In this document: in pieces, positions 16,701-28,693 of the stretch
Numbering within the stretch: the stretch's first letter is position 1
Layout: every line of letters begins with the position of its first letter
Position numbers and translations under genes: made by a program
Notes under the pieces: generated by a model
Seen by the model: the letters and a program-made list of their open reading frames with translations, nothing else
Told to the model about the DNA's origin: nothing
Databases searched by the model: none
DNA from: Pseudomonadota bacterium
Lineage (GTDB): Bacteria; Pseudomonadota; Alphaproteobacteria; Rhodobacterales; Rhodobacteraceae
Length of the DNA stretch: 64,000 nucleotides
Direction of reading: 5' to 3'
Assembly (NCBI GenBank): GCA_038527345.1
Contig: JBCBFX010000006.1
Span: forward strand, 640 to 64,639

Positions 16701-17909
16701 ATGATCCTGACAACGACCGACGGCCAGTCAAACCTGCCGCGCTATTTCGCCCGTGCCTTCAGCATGGTGCAGGGGATGAACCGGGGGCGGATCGACTTTG
16801 TCCTGCCGGATGGCCGCCACTTTCGCGCCGAAGGGCCGAACCCCGGGCCCGTGGCCGAGGTGCATGTGCACAACGCCGACCTGTTTGCCCGCCTGATCCG
16901 CGAAGGGGACCTTGGGTTTTGCGACGCATACCTTGACGAATGGTGGAGCACGCCGGACCTGCAGGCGTTCATGGATTGGGCCCACGCCGACAACGAAGAC
17001 ATCTATGACGGCTTTCCCGGCATGGGGCTGGTGCGCAATTTCGAAAAGTTCCGGTTTTGGCTGCAACGCAATCACCGCGAACAGGCGCGCAAGAACATCA
17101 GCTACCACTACGATCTGGGCAACGATTTCTACGGGCTGTGGCTGGACGATACGATGACCTATTCCAGCGCCCTGTTCGAGACGGGACAGGAAAGCCACGA
17201 GGCCGCGCAGATCGCCAAATACGCCAGCATGGTGGACCAGATGGGTGCACAGCCCGGGGATCACATCCTTGAGATCGGCTGCGGCTGGGGCGGTTTCGCC
17301 GAATACGCAGCACGGGAACGGGGTCTGAAAGTCACGGGCCTGACGATCAGCGAAGAGCAGTTCAAGTATGCCCGGCAGCGCATTGAAAAGGCTGGCCTTT
17401 CCGATCAGGTCGAATTCAAGTTGCAGGATTACCGCGACGAGCGCGGCACATATGACGGCATCGCATCCATCGAGATGTTCGAGGCGGTGGGCGAAAAATA
17501 CTGGCCCGTCTATTTCGACACGGTGCGCCAACGCCTGAAACCCGGCAAGAACGCGACGCTTCAGATCATCACGGTGCAGGACCGCCGCTGGAAGGTATAC
17601 AAGCGCGGCGTGGATTTCATCCAGAAATACATCTTTCCGGGCGGTATGCTGCCCAGCCCGACGGTGCTGCGCGGTCAGGTGCACAAGGCGGGGCTGGCGG
17701 TGGAAAAGTCCATCGAGTTCGGCCAAAGCTACAGCATCACGCTGCGCCGCTGGCACGACACGTTCAACGAAAAGTGGGACCAGATCGCCGAGATGGGATT
17801 TGACGACCGGTTTCGCAGGATGTGGAATTTTTACCTGACCTCTTGCGCGGCCACCTTTGAAAGTGCCAACTGCGACGTAACGCAGATCACGATCAAACGA
17901 CCTGGATAA
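16701..17909 (+). CDS. cfa: cyclopropane-fatty-acyl-phospholipid synthase family SAM methyltransferase
   Basis: Motifs are HYDLGNDFYGLWLDDTMTYSSALF, the SAM motif ILEIGCGWGGFA, and IASIEMFEAVGEKYWPVYF. The start is set at ATG 16701 (RBS GGGAGAG). ATG at 16683 is an alternative. Confidence 0.9.
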   Translation: MILTTTDGQSNLPRYFARAFSMVQGMNRGRIDFVLPDGRHFRAEGPNPGPVAEVHVHNADLFARLIREGDLGFCDAYLDEWWSTPDLQAFMDWAHADNEDIYDGFPGMGLVRNFEKFRFWLQRNHREQARKNISYHYDLGNDFYGLWLDDTMTYSSALFETGQESHEAAQIAKYASMVDQMGAQPGDHILEIGCGWGGFAEYAARERGLKVTGLTISEEQFKYARQRIEKAGLSDQVEFKLQDYRDERGTYDGIASIEMFEAVGEKYWPVYFDTVRQRLKPGKNATLQIITVQDRRWKVYKRGVDFIQKYIFPGGMLPSPTVLRGQVHKAGLAVEKSIEFGQSYSITLRRWHDTFNEKWDQIAEMGFDDRFRRMWNFYLTSCAATFESANCDVTQITIKRPG

Positions 17910-17931
17910 TAAATGACCGAGGATACGAGCA

Positions 17932-18372
17932 ATGCCTGACGCAGCCAAACTGGTCGCTGCCCTGGGCCTTGCGATCCTGGGCTTTATCGTGTCCGGCATG
18001 ATCATGCCGCTGTTCGAGGAAGAGACGAATTTCGGCTGGTTCGTCTGGATCAACGTGGTCCTTGGTGCCTTGTGCGGATGGATGATCATCGGACGACGGG
18101 CCGGGCGCGGCATCACCTCTGCCATCAACGTCGGGCTGACGGGGGCAGCGATGATGGTGTTCTGGGGCCTTTTTGTCCAAGCCTGCAACGAGATGGTGCG
18201 CGTCGCCATGAAGAACCGTTATGACGGGCCGTTCGAGGCGCTGATCGCCGTTTTCGAGATCGGTTCCGAGTGGGCGCTGCTGATGTCGACCGTGCCGATC
18301 TGGGCCACCTTGGCCATCGGCGGCATCGTCACCGGCCTGCTGACGGAATATGCCTGGCGGACCTGGCGGTAG
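17932..18372 (+). CDS. trgA: TrgA-like membrane protein (tellurite-resistance locus component)
   Basis: 146 aa with 4 hydrophobic helices. It sits immediately upstream of the GGCT/NUDIX fusion and cysK, the trgA-trgB-cysK order described in Rhodobacter sphaeroides. Confidence 0.7.
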   Translation: MPDAAKLVAALGLAILGFIVSGMIMPLFEEETNFGWFVWINVVLGALCGWMIIGRRAGRGITSAINVGLTGAAMMVFWGLFVQACNEMVRVAMKNRYDGPFEALIAVFEIGSEWALLMSTVPIWATLAIGGIVTGLLTEYAWRTWR

Positions 18373-18376
18373 CACT

Positions 18377-19486
18377 GTGGCCTGTCTGTTCTTTTACGGC
18401 ACATTGCGGCATGTGCCCCTGCTCGAGGTTGTATTGGGCCGTCCGGCGGACGCCCTGGATATCGCGCAGGACAGTTTGCCCGATCACGCCGCCTTGGCTG
18501 TGGCCGAGGGGCCGTTTCCCATGATCGTCGCCCGATCCGGCGAAACGGCAAGGGGGGTGGTGGTGTCGGGTCTGAGCGACGCCGACATCGCGCGGCTGGA
18601 TTTCTATGAGGCCGGGTTCGACTACGATCTGCGGTCCCTGACCACCACGGGCGGCCGCGCGGTCGCGGTATACTTTCCGACGCAAGGCGCATGGACCATG
18701 GACGGGCCATGGGACCTGCAGGCCTGGATCGAGCGCTGGGGTGCCATGACGGTCGAAGCCGCCCGCGAGGTCATGTCCGAGATGGGCCGCATGACACCCG
18801 CCCAGATCGACCGCCGCTTTGCCCGCATCCGGGCGCGTGCGCAAAGCGTGGTCAACGCACAATCCTCGCGCCACGGGGCAGGGGTGTTGCGCGGCAAGGT
18901 CGAGATCGGGCGCCGCACCCGTGCCTATTCCGAATTCTTTGCCATCGACGATATCCGCCTGCGGCACGAAACCTTTGACGGTGGCATGTCGGACTGGCTG
19001 GACAGGGCCGTTTTCGTATCGACCGACGCGTCCATCGTGCTGCCCTATGATCCGGTACGCGACCGGGTGCTGCTGGTGGAACAGATCCGCATGGGGCCCC
19101 TGGGCCGGGGCGACCCGACGGTATGGCAGATGGAACCGATCGCAGGTCTGATCGACCCTGGCGAGACGCCGGAAGCCGCCGCACGCCGCGAAGCGCAAGA
19201 AGAGGCAGGGCTGGAAATAGCCCGGCTGGAACCTGTCGGCGAATGCTATGCCTCGCCCGGGGCGGTGACCGATTTCTTTTACCTTTACGCGGGTTTGTGC
19301 GACCTGCCTGATGGCGTTGCGGGGGTCGGTGGGGCCGTGGACGAGGGCGAGAATATTCGCACCCATGTCATGGCCTTCGACGATCTGCTGGCAATGGCCG
19401 AGGATCGGCGCGCGGCCAATGTCCCATTGGCGATGCTCACCTATTGGCTGGCCCATCACCGGCCCCGCCTGCGCGCGGGTGGTTGA
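18377..19486 (+). CDS. trgB: TrgB-like fusion protein: N-terminal gamma-glutamylcyclotransferase-like domain + C-terminal NUDIX hydrolase
   Basis: The GTG at 18377 gives MACLFFYGTLRH, a GGCT-like start. The NUDIX box is GLIDPGETPEAAARREAQEEAGL. Confidence 0.75.
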   Translation: MACLFFYGTLRHVPLLEVVLGRPADALDIAQDSLPDHAALAVAEGPFPMIVARSGETARGVVVSGLSDADIARLDFYEAGFDYDLRSLTTTGGRAVAVYFPTQGAWTMDGPWDLQAWIERWGAMTVEAAREVMSEMGRMTPAQIDRRFARIRARAQSVVNAQSSRHGAGVLRGKVEIGRRTRAYSEFFAIDDIRLRHETFDGGMSDWLDRAVFVSTDASIVLPYDPVRDRVLLVEQIRMGPLGRGDPTVWQMEPIAGLIDPGETPEAAARREAQEEAGLEIARLEPVGECYASPGAVTDFFYLYAGLCDLPDGVAGVGGAVDEGENIRTHVMAFDDLLAMAEDRRAANVPLAMLTYWLAHHRPRLRAGG

Positions 19487-19540
19487 GGTCACCGCACCCG
19501 CCCGTTACACCGAACCCCAAAGCCGTGAAAGGACGATGCC

Positions 19541-20571
<1,031 letters not shown>

Positions 20572-20575
<4 letters not shown>

Positions 20576-22986
20576 TGCGCGACATGCCGGTTCGGGCCGC
20601 GCTGGCGGTCATTTTTGCCTTGTTTTGGGCAGTCTCGGTCTGGGCGCAGGATGCGGGCCCGAATTACGAGGCATGGGAAACCGTCGCGACGCGGGCCGAG
20701 GATGCGGTCGAGGCCGCGCGAGCGTCCGACGCCGCGCTCAGCAACCTGCGGGCCGAGGTGGCGGGCTGGCGTGAGCAGTTTCAGGGCCAGTTGAACACCA
20801 ATGACAGCCGTCTGGAAACGCTGCGCGACCAGATCGACGCCCTTGGTCCCGTCCCCGAAGAGGGTGAAACGGAACCGCCCGAAATCGCGGAACGGCGGCA
20901 GGAACTGAACGCCCAGCTTGAACGGCTGAGCACGCCGCGCCGCACCGCCGAAGAAGCGTTCAGCCGGGCCAACGGCATCATCACGGAGATCGACGAGATC
21001 CTGCGCCAGCGTCAGGCGGATGAATTGCTGAACATGGGGCCGTGGCCGGTCAATCCGGCCTGGTGGGGCGATGCAGCGGGGGCTGTGCAAACCACCGTGG
21101 CGGCGGTTTTCAGCGGTGTGCGACAAGCGCTGTCCAACCCTGTCACGCGCGCCGAATTCCGTGACAACCTGCCGCTGACCATCGGTCTGTTCATCCTTGG
21201 CCTGGGTCTGCTGGCCCGGTCCCGGCACTGGATCGAAGTGCTGGCGGGCCGGATTCAGCGGGCGGACACGCGTGCGGGCACGGGGGCTGCGGCGTTCTTT
21301 GTGTCGCTGGGGCAGATCATCCTGCCGATGATGGGCCTGCTGGCCCTGCTGCGCGCTGTGGGGGCCACGAACCTTTATGGCCCGCGGGCCGAGGTCGTGC
21401 TGAACGCACTGGAACCCATGGGATTTCTGGTGTTTTTCGCGCTGTGGCTGGGCAGCCGCATCTTTCCGCGTGATGACGCCCTGCCCACACCGCTGAACCT
21501 GCCGCCCGAACGCAGGACCGAAGGACGTATCTTTGCCTTTGTGCTGGGGCTGGTGATGGCGCTTTATGTGCTGGTGCGCGAGGTGTCGGATTACGAACGC
21601 TACAGCGTCCAAACCGAGGCCGTGCTGCATTTTCCGCTGATCGTGCTGGCCAGCCTGCTGGTGCTGCGGATCGGTTGGCTGCTGCGCCGCACGCTGCACA
21701 ACATGGAACAGGATGCCACACCGGACCGCGCCTTTGGCGCACGGCTGATCCGGGTGCTGGGCCGTGCCACGATTGCCGTGGCGCTGATCACACCGGTGCT
21801 GGCGGCGGTGGGCTACGGGGCGGCGGCCAAGGCGCTGATCTATCCGTCGATCCAGACACTGGCGCTGTTCGGCACCTTGGCGCTGTTGCAGCAACTGGTC
21901 CGCGATCTTTACGTGGCCGTGCGTCCCGGCGCCGATGCCGGTGACAGCCTGTTTCCGACGCTGATCGGCTTTGGTTTGGTGATCCTGGCCGCTATCCCGC
22001 TCAGCCTGATCTGGGGCGCGCGGGTCACCGACCTGACCGAGCTGTGGGGCCGCTTGCGCGAGGGGCTGACCATCGGCGACGTGACCATATCGCCGTCGAA
22101 TTTCCTGACGCTGATCGTGGTCTTTGTCCTCGGCTACATGCTGACGCGCGGGGCGCAGTCGGCGCTCAAAACCTCTGTCCTGCCCAAGACGCGGATCGAT
22201 CCGGGTGGCCAGACGGCCATTGTGTCGGGGCTGGGCTATGTCGGCATCTTCCTTGCGGCTTTGGTGGCGATTACAGCGGCCGGCATTGACCTGTCGGGCC
22301 TTGCCATCGTCGCGGGGGCCCTGTCCGTCGGCATCGGCTTTGGCCTTCAGACCATCGTGTCGAACTTCGTGTCCGGCATCATCCTGCTGATCGAGCGCCC
22401 CATCTCCGAAGGTGACTGGATCGAGGTGGGCGGGCAGATGGGTTATGTGCGCTCGATCTCTGTCCGGTCGACCCGGATCGAAACATTCGACCGCACCGAC
22501 GTGATCGTGCCCAATGCGGATCTCGTGTCGGGCACCGTCACCAACTACACCCGCGGCAACACCGTGGGCCGCGTTATCATCCCCGTTGGCGTCGCCTATG
22601 GCACCGATACGCGCCGTGTCGAAGGCATCCTGCGCGAAATCGCCGAGGCGCATCCCATGGCGCTGGCCAACCCCGCACCGATGATCCTGTTTGCGGGCTT
22701 TGGGGCCGATAGCCTTGATTTCGAGGTACGGATCATCCTGCGCGATGTGAACTGGTCGCTGTCGGTGCGCAACGACATCAACCACCAGATCGCCGCGCGG
22801 TTTGTCGAAGAGGGGATCGAGATACCCTTTGCCCAACGCGATATCTGGCTGCGCAACCCCGAGACGCTGCGCGAGCAGCCTGCGCCTGCATCCGCGCCTC
22901 CGACCCCGGCAGAGCCGGATCACCTGACCGCGGACGACATGACTGACAGCGATGCGGACGCAGACGCAGACGGAGACGGACGATGA
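20572..22986 (+). CDS. large MscS-family mechanosensitive channel (MscK/KefA-like, periplasmic coiled-coil N-domain)
   Basis: 804 aa from an ATG overlapping the cysK stop. It has the signal peptide MMRDMPVRAALAVIFALFWAVSVWAQD, a coiled-coil region and about 11 TM segments. The MscS core is FGLQTIVSNFVSGIILLIERPISEGDWIEVGGQMGYV. The C-terminal tail is acidic. Confidence 0.85.
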
Positions 22987-23705
22987 CCCGGATGCTGTTT
23001 CGCGACGATCCCTACCTGCGCGAGGCCTCGGGCATCGTGACCGGCCACACGGACGAGGGGGGCATCGTGCTGGACCGCAGCCTGTTCTATCCCACAGGCG
23101 GCGGCCAACCGGGCGACAGCGGATGGATCGCATGGCAGGGCGGCGCGCTGTCGCTGGCCACCGCCGTCAAGGACCGGCGCGATGATGCAATCGTGCTGGT
23201 GCCGTCCGAACCGCGGGCCTTGCCCCCTGTGGGCACACAGGTCGTGCAGACCCTGGACTGGGACCGCCGCTTTTCCCACATGCGCGTCCACACGGCCCTG
23301 CACCTGCTGTCTGTCGTCCTGCCGTTTGGCGTGACGGGCGGGTCGATCAGCGTGGGGCGCGGGCGGCTTGATTTCGACATGGAAAACGCCCCAGACGACC
23401 GCGAAGCCATCACCGAGGCCCTGAACGACCATGTGTCGGCGGATTACCCCGTTACCGAGGAGTGGATCACCGAGGCCCAGTTGGACGCCAACCCCGGCAT
23501 GGTCAAGACGCTGTCGGTGCAGCCCCCGCGCGGTGCGGGCGATATCCGGCTGGTCCGCATCGGCGGGGGCGTGAACACGGTCGACCTTCAGCCCTGCGGC
23601 GGCACCCACGTGGCCCGCACCGGCGAGATCGGTGGCCTGCGCCTTGGCAAGATAGAGAAAAAGGGGCGGATGAACCGCCGCGTCTATCTTCATCTTGAGA
23701 CGTGA
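22983..23705 (+). CDS. alaX: alanyl-tRNA editing protein (AlaX-M type, Thr/Ala-tRNA synthetase second additional domain)
   Basis: 240 aa. Zinc-binding motifs HTALHLL and CGGTHV are present. The N-terminus is FRDDPYL...LFYPTGGGQPGD. ATGA overlap with the upstream stop. Confidence 0.85.
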   Translation: MTRMLFRDDPYLREASGIVTGHTDEGGIVLDRSLFYPTGGGQPGDSGWIAWQGGALSLATAVKDRRDDAIVLVPSEPRALPPVGTQVVQTLDWDRRFSHMRVHTALHLLSVVLPFGVTGGSISVGRGRLDFDMENAPDDREAITEALNDHVSADYPVTEEWITEAQLDANPGMVKTLSVQPPRGAGDIRLVRIGGGVNTVDLQPCGGTHVARTGEIGGLRLGKIEKKGRMNRRVYLHLET

Positions 23706-24082
23706 TGCTGTACCGCCCGCTTTTTGCCGCCGCAGGCGTGTTTGCGATTGCGCTGGGGGTGCTGCTGCTGGTCGCGCCCGAGCTTTATCTTGACGCCTAC
23801 CTGGTCGCACCGGATGACAGCCGCGCCTTTGCGGCGCGCCGTCTGGCGCCGGCGGTCATGGGATTGGGCGCTGTCCTGTTGCTGATGCGCAGCCTTGCGC
23901 CGGGACCGGTCCTGATACGATTTTCCGGTATCACGGCCTGCGTCTGGTTCGGGGTCGCGGCCACTGGTGCATACGATTTTGCCACGGGCACGGCCCACGG
24001 CAGCATCCTGATTGCCGCCGTCATCGAGGTCGTGCTGGGCGGCCTGTTCCTGCTGGCCGCGCGGGGCATACGCGCCGCATAA
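23705..24082 (+). CDS. small membrane protein, unknown function
   Basis: 125 aa (GTG at 23702 or ATG at 23705, overlapping the alaX stop). Four hydrophobic segments. Confidence 0.55.
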   Translation: MLYRPLFAAAGVFAIALGVLLLVAPELYLDAYLVAPDDSRAFAARRLAPAVMGLGAVLLLMRSLAPGPVLIRFSGITACVWFGVAATGAYDFATGTAHGSILIAAVIEVVLGGLFLLAARGIRAA

Positions 24083-24151
24083 TGCGGCAATTTCCAGAAA
24101 ATGCGCACGAGCCCTTGCAGAGTCTTGCGTCTTTTCGATAGACCCCGCCTT

Positions 24152-24241
24152 GGACAGGTGGCCGAGTGGTCGAAGGCGCGCGCCTGGAAAGTGCGTAGGC
24201 GGGAAACCGTCTCGAGGGTTCGAATCCCTTCCTGTCCGCCA
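24152..24241 (+). tRNA. tRNA-Ser (anticodon GGA)
   Basis: Acceptor stem GGACAGG/CCTGTCC with discriminator G and an encoded CCA. The anticodon stem is CGCGC/GTGCG with loop CTGGAAA. It has a long variable arm typical of class II tRNAs and T-loop GGTTCGAATCC. Confidence 0.92.
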
Positions 24242-24364
24242 CCACCCCACCGCGTTGAATGAAATCGCAGCAATCCGCGCTGTTTTCCCGCCGCGAAAAC
24301 TGCCGCGCGCATGGCGATGGATTGCCATGAATTTCGGCTGAGTGGCCGCGTGGGTTGCCTGGCC

Positions 24365-24790
24365 CTACCTGACGACGAACACGGATTGCTGCGCATGGCG
24401 CGCAACCCGGGCGGCGTTGGGGCCGATCAGGTAATCCTTGAGTTCGGGGCGATGCGCGCCCACGAAGATCGCGTCGATGTTCAGCGCATTCGCGGTGCGT
24501 ATGATCTGATCATAGACGGTGCCTTCGGCGATGTGCAGCTCGGTCGCGACGTCCTGCGGGATTGCCGTACTGGCCCAATCGTCGAGTGCGGTCTGGGCGG
24601 CGGACAGGGCGTGTTTGATGTGATCAGCCCCCAGCGACGCCCCGACAATCGCCATGCCAGCGTCTGGCACCACGTTCAAAAGGTGCAGCGTCGCCCCCTC
24701 GGCGCGGGCCATGGAAACCGCGGCTTGCGCGCTGCGCGCGGCGCCTTCGGGTGCATTCACGTCCACGGCCAGAAGCAGGTTCTTGAACAT
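24365..24790 (-). CDS. universal stress protein (UspA family)
   Basis: 141 aa. Motifs are MFKNLLLAVD and IDAIFVGAHRPELKDYLIGPNAARVARHAQQSVFVV. RBS GGGAGAA. It lies 11 nt downstream of the TRAP permease stop. Confidence 0.85.
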   Translation of the reverse strand: MFKNLLLAVDVNAPEGAARSAQAAVSMARAEGATLHLLNVVPDAGMAIVGASLGADHIKHALSAAQTALDDWASTAIPQDVATELHIAEGTVYDQIIRTANALNIDAIFVGAHRPELKDYLIGPNAARVARHAQQSVFVVR

Positions 24791-24801
24791 GGGTGTTCTC
24801 C

Positions 24802-27429
24802 CTAGAATGCAGGTTGTGTGGCGCGGCGGCGCTGGACCAGGACAAGCCCGCCCAAAAGCAGAAGTGCCGGGACAAAGAACAGCTCTTTCGGGAAACGGTC
24901 GTTTTCGATCTGCACTTCGGTGATCTGAACGGGCGTGTCGCCGTAAAAGTCGTATTCGTTTCCGAGGCTTTCAAAGAAGGGCGTGCCGGGAAAGGGTTCG
25001 TCCATGGCCAGCACATCGCCATCCGGCAGCACGGTGAGGCCTTGCGCGTCAAGTGCCCCTTCGGCGTCGCCGCTGATGGCGGGCAGGGTGATGGTGGTGG
25101 GTCGAATGCGGCCCGTGTCAAAGTCGGGCCCTTCGATCACCACGCGCAGTTGGCGATCCGTATCTGCGCTGGCCATCAGTTCGATCGCGGCAGGTCCGGA
25201 GGCGGTTCGGTACTTTTCGCTCACCTGATCAAGCAGGAAGTCGGGCCGGAACAGCATGAACGCGATGCCCAGAAGCGCCACAGTTTCCCACGTGCGGGAT
25301 TTGGCGATGAAGTACCCTTGGGTCGCGGCCGCAAACAAGAGCATGGCGATGAGCGATATGAAGAAGACGAGGATCGCCTTTGCAAAGCCCACGTCGATCA
25401 GCAGCAGGTCGGTGTTGAAGATGAACAGGAAGGGCAGGAGGGCCGTGCGGATGTCATAGGCAAAGCCCTGGACCCCCGTTTTGATCGGGTCGCCGCGTGA
25501 TATGGCCGCCGCCGCATAGGCGGCCAGCCCCACGGGCGGCGTGTCGTCGGCCAAAATCCCGAAATAGAACACGAACAGGTGCACGGCGATCAGCGGAAAG
25601 ATATAGCCCGCCTGCGCGCCGACCGTCAGGATCACCGGCGCCATGAGCGAGGACACCACGATGTAGTTGGCCGTGGTGGGCAACCCCATGCCAAGGATCA
25701 GCGACATGATGGCCACAAGGATCAGCAGGATCCAGATGTTGCCGCCCGCGATCACCTCGACCACTTGTCCGATCACCTGGTGCGCGCCCGTCAGGCTGAT
25801 GGTGCCCACGATCACACCCGCCGCGCCCGTGGCGACACCGATGCCGATCATGTTGCGTGCGCCCAGGATCAGCCCCTCGATGAAGTCGCGCCAGCCCTGG
25901 ACGGTGGATGCGCCGAAGCCTTCGCCCCGGAACATCGCCTTGAGCGGACGGTGCGTCAGCGCCACGACGATCATGAAGATCGTGGCCCAGAAGGCCGACA
26001 GCGATGGCGACAGCCGGTCAAGGCTGTCGGTGCGCACCATGAGGTTCCAGACAAGGATAAAGATGGGCAGCGCGAAATACGCCCCGCCCAGCAGCGTTGG
26101 CGTGAGCCGCGGCGCTTCCAGCGGGCCGTCGGGGTCGTCCATGGCCACATCCGGGAAGCGCGAGGCGAAGTAGACCAGCACCAGATACAGCAGCGCCACG
26201 ATCACGACCGCGCCATAGACGCTTTCGGTCATGAAATTGTCCAGCACGCTGCGCAGGCCGATCATGATGAACGTGCAGACCCCCAGAAAGATGAAGCCCG
26301 ACAGGAACAGGATCAGGATCAGCACGGGGCCGATATGGCGGCCTGCCTTTTTCAGCCCCTGCATCTGCATCTTCAACGCTTCGAGGTGCACGATGTAGAG
26401 CAGCGCGATGTACGAGATCACCGCAGGCAGGAAGGCATGCTTGACCACGTCGATATAGGGGATGTTGACGTATTCGACCATGAGGAAAGCCGCGGCCCCC
26501 ATGACCGGTGGCGTCAGTTGCCCATTGGTGGAACTTGCCACCTCGACCGCGCCGGCCTTTTCCGCAGGAAAGCCGATGCGCTTCATCAGCGGGATGGTAA
26601 AGGTGCCGGTGGTGACGGTGTTCGAAATGGACGAACCCGAGATCATGCCGGTCAGCATCGACGACAGCACCGACGCCTTGGCCGGACCGCCGCGCAGGGC
26701 GCCCAGCAGGGCAATAGCAACCTTGATGAACCAACTGCCGCCGCCGGCGCGATCCAGCAGTGCGCCGAACAGCACGAACAGGAAGATCATCGAGGTCGAC
26801 ACGCCAAGCGCGACGCCGAACACGCCTTCGGTCTGCATCCAGTAGTGGCCAAGCGCCTTGGACAGGGATGCGCCGCCATAGTTGGTGATTTCGCGGGCCC
26901 ATTCGGAATAACCACCAAAAAAGGCAAAGGCGACAAAGGTCGTCGCGATGATCACCAGCGGCAAGCCAAGCGACCGGTAGACGGCGATCAGCAGGACAAT
27001 CATGCCGATGGAGGACATCACGATGTCGGATGTGCTCCACAATCCGGGGCGGTCGGCAATCTGAAAGCGGAAGACAACGAGATACAGGCACGAGCTGACC
27101 CCGAGGATGATCAGTGCCCAGTCGTAAAGCGGGATGCGATCCCTAGGGGAGGATTTGAACAGCGGAAAGGCGAGTGTCGCCAGCATGATGGCAAAGGCCA
27201 GGTGCACAAAGCGGGCCTGGGCAACGATATTGGCAAAGATGCCCATTCCGGTGGCCTGGGCAATGACGCCCGGCACTTTCGACGCGATGTAGAGCTGGAA
27301 GAGCGACCAGACGATGCAGGTGCCGATGATCAGATTGGCCTGCCAGGCGGCAGCAGGGTTGCGCGCGCCGGTATCGGCCTCGGCCACGAGGTCATCGGCA
27401 GATGGTTGAGCCGTGTTCTGATCGGTCAT
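24802..27429 (-). CDS. TRAP transporter fused permease (TAXI-type 4TM/12TM DctQM fusion)
   Basis: 875 aa from ATG 27429. It is a very hydrophobic multi-pass protein with a soluble insertion near the C-terminus. It is adjacent to a TAXI solute receptor gene. Confidence 0.88.
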   Translation of the reverse strand: MTDQNTAQPSADDLVAEADTGARNPAAAWQANLIIGTCIVWSLFQLYIASKVPGVIAQATGMGIFANIVAQARFVHLAFAIMLATLAFPLFKSSPRDRIPLYDWALIILGVSSCLYLVVFRFQIADRPGLWSTSDIVMSSIGMIVLLIAVYRSLGLPLVIIATTFVAFAFFGGYSEWAREITNYGGASLSKALGHYWMQTEGVFGVALGVSTSMIFLFVLFGALLDRAGGGSWFIKVAIALLGALRGGPAKASVLSSMLTGMISGSSISNTVTTGTFTIPLMKRIGFPAEKAGAVEVASSTNGQLTPPVMGAAAFLMVEYVNIPYIDVVKHAFLPAVISYIALLYIVHLEALKMQMQGLKKAGRHIGPVLILILFLSGFIFLGVCTFIMIGLRSVLDNFMTESVYGAVVIVALLYLVLVYFASRFPDVAMDDPDGPLEAPRLTPTLLGGAYFALPIFILVWNLMVRTDSLDRLSPSLSAFWATIFMIVVALTHRPLKAMFRGEGFGASTVQGWRDFIEGLILGARNMIGIGVATGAAGVIVGTISLTGAHQVIGQVVEVIAGGNIWILLILVAIMSLILGMGLPTTANYIVVSSLMAPVILTVGAQAGYIFPLIAVHLFVFYFGILADDTPPVGLAAYAAAAISRGDPIKTGVQGFAYDIRTALLPFLFIFNTDLLLIDVGFAKAILVFFISLIAMLLFAAATQGYFIAKSRTWETVALLGIAFMLFRPDFLLDQVSEKYRTASGPAAIELMASADTDRQLRVVIEGPDFDTGRIRPTTITLPAISGDAEGALDAQGLTVLPDGDVLAMDEPFPGTPFFESLGNEYDFYGDTPVQITEVQIENDRFPKELFFVPALLLLGGLVLVQRRRATQPAF

Positions 27430-27485
27430 GATGTGTCCCCCACGCGAGCGTTCGGCCGCCCGACTGCTGGTCAAGTGCAGTAAGT

Positions 27486-27517
27486 GAAAACGCCCGAAGC
27501 GGTGGCTCCGGGCGTTT
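27486..27517 (-). terminator. hairpin + T-run between the TAXI receptor gene and the permease gene (intra-operon attenuator/terminator)
   Basis: On the minus strand the sequence reads AAACGCCCG-gagccaccgctt-CGGGCGTTTT, a 9-bp stem followed by a U-run. Confidence 0.6.
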
Positions 27518-27529
27518 CGATGGAGCGGC

Positions 27530-28498
27530 TCAGTTCATCAGGCCCAGTTCCTTGTAGGCCTTTTCCGCACCGGGGTGCAGCGGGGCGGACAGCCCGTCCT
27601 TGACCATTTCAGCCGGGTCGAGGTTGGCAAAGGCCGGGTGCAGGCCACGGAAGTCGTCGATGTTTTCCATGACCGACTTGGCCACAACGTAAACCACGTC
27701 CTCGGACACGTCAGCCGACGTCACGAAAGTTGCGCCCACGCCGAAGGTGGTCGTGTCGCCATCCGTGCCCTTGTACATGCCGCCCGGGATGGTTGCCACG
27801 CGGTAGAACGGGTTGTCGGCGACCAGCTTGTCGATGGGTTCACCCGTGACAGACACCAGTTTCGCGTCGCAGGTTGTGGTGGCTTCCTTGATCGCCGCCG
27901 CCGGGTGACCGATGGTATAGATCATCGCGTCGATGTTGCCGTCGCACAGCTGCTTGGCCATCTCGGAACCCTTGTATTCGGTGGCCAGGGCCAGGTCGCC
28001 CATGCCGATGCCAAAGGCGTCCATCACCACTTCCATCGTGGCGCGCTGACCGGAGCCGGGATTGCCGACATTCACACGCTTGCCCTTGAGGTCTTCGAAG
28101 CTGGAAATGCCGCTGTCACCGCGCACGATCAGGGTAAAGGGTTCGGGGTGCACCGACATCACGGCCCGAATGTTGGGAAAGGCCGCGTCGCCCTCGAATT
28201 TCGAGGTGCCGTTATAGGCGTGGTGCTGCCAGTCGGACTGGGCCACGCCAAACTCAAGCTCGCCCGCCTTGATCGTGTTGATGTTGTAGACCGACCCGCC
28301 CGTCGATTCCACGGCACAGCGAATGCCGTGTTCTTTCCGCGACTTGTTCACCAGTCGGCAGATTGCACCGCCCGTGGGATAGTAGACGCCGGTCACGCCA
28401 CCCGTGCCGATCGAGATGAATTCCTGCGCTGTGGCAATGGGCGCAGTCATTAGCGCGCCGGCCACCACGGCGGCCCCCAGTTTCAGTTTCGCAAACAT
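27530..28498 (-). CDS. TAXI family TRAP transporter solute-binding protein
   Basis: 322 aa from ATG 28498 (RBS GGGAGAA). Signal peptide [26 protein letters not shown]. The TAXI hallmark is [24 protein letters not shown]. Confidence 0.9.
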   Translation of the reverse strand: MFAKLKLGAAVVAGALMTAPIATAQEFISIGTGGVTGVYYPTGGAICRLVNKSRKEHGIRCAVESTGGSVYNINTIKAGELEFGVAQSDWQHHAYNGTSKFEGDAAFPNIRAVMSVHPEPFTLIVRGDSGISSFEDLKGKRVNVGNPGSGQRATMEVVMDAFGIGMGDLALATEYKGSEMAKQLCDGNIDAMIYTIGHPAAAIKEATTTCDAKLVSVTGEPIDKLVADNPFYRVATIPGGMYKGTDGDTTTFGVGATFVTSADVSEDVVYVVAKSVMENIDDFRGLHPAFANLDPAEMVKDGLSAPLHPGAEKAYKELGLMN

Positions 28499-28693
28499 AA
28501 GTGTGTTCTCCCATTGATTTGGTATCACCACGCCCGGTTATTACCCGGGCGTCTCGTTTGGTGTGTCTACCCTGTGCAAGAATTCGCGCGCACGCAACCT
28601 CTGCGCGCAGAAAATGAGACGGCGACTCGAGGCTTTTCTGATCGGAAAATTCGGCGCATCCTGCACCTGTTCGCCCGCCAGAAGGTCCAGATC

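Noticed and set aside
22930-22983. GACGCA/GACGGA short tandem repeats as a phase-variable microsatellite
   Set aside because: There are only a few imperfect units, in frame at the extreme C-terminus of the channel gene (DSDADADADGDGR). This is most simply an acidic low-complexity tail.
24152-24364. tRNA-Ser as a genomic-island integration site
   Set aside because: There is no integrase, no direct repeat of the tRNA 3' end and no compositional break downstream. The flanking genes are ordinary core-type genes.
25579-27483. 634-aa plus-strand ORF
   Set aside because: It is antisense to the TRAP fused permease. The product is Arg/His/Asp/Gln-rich with no hydrophobic or domain structure.
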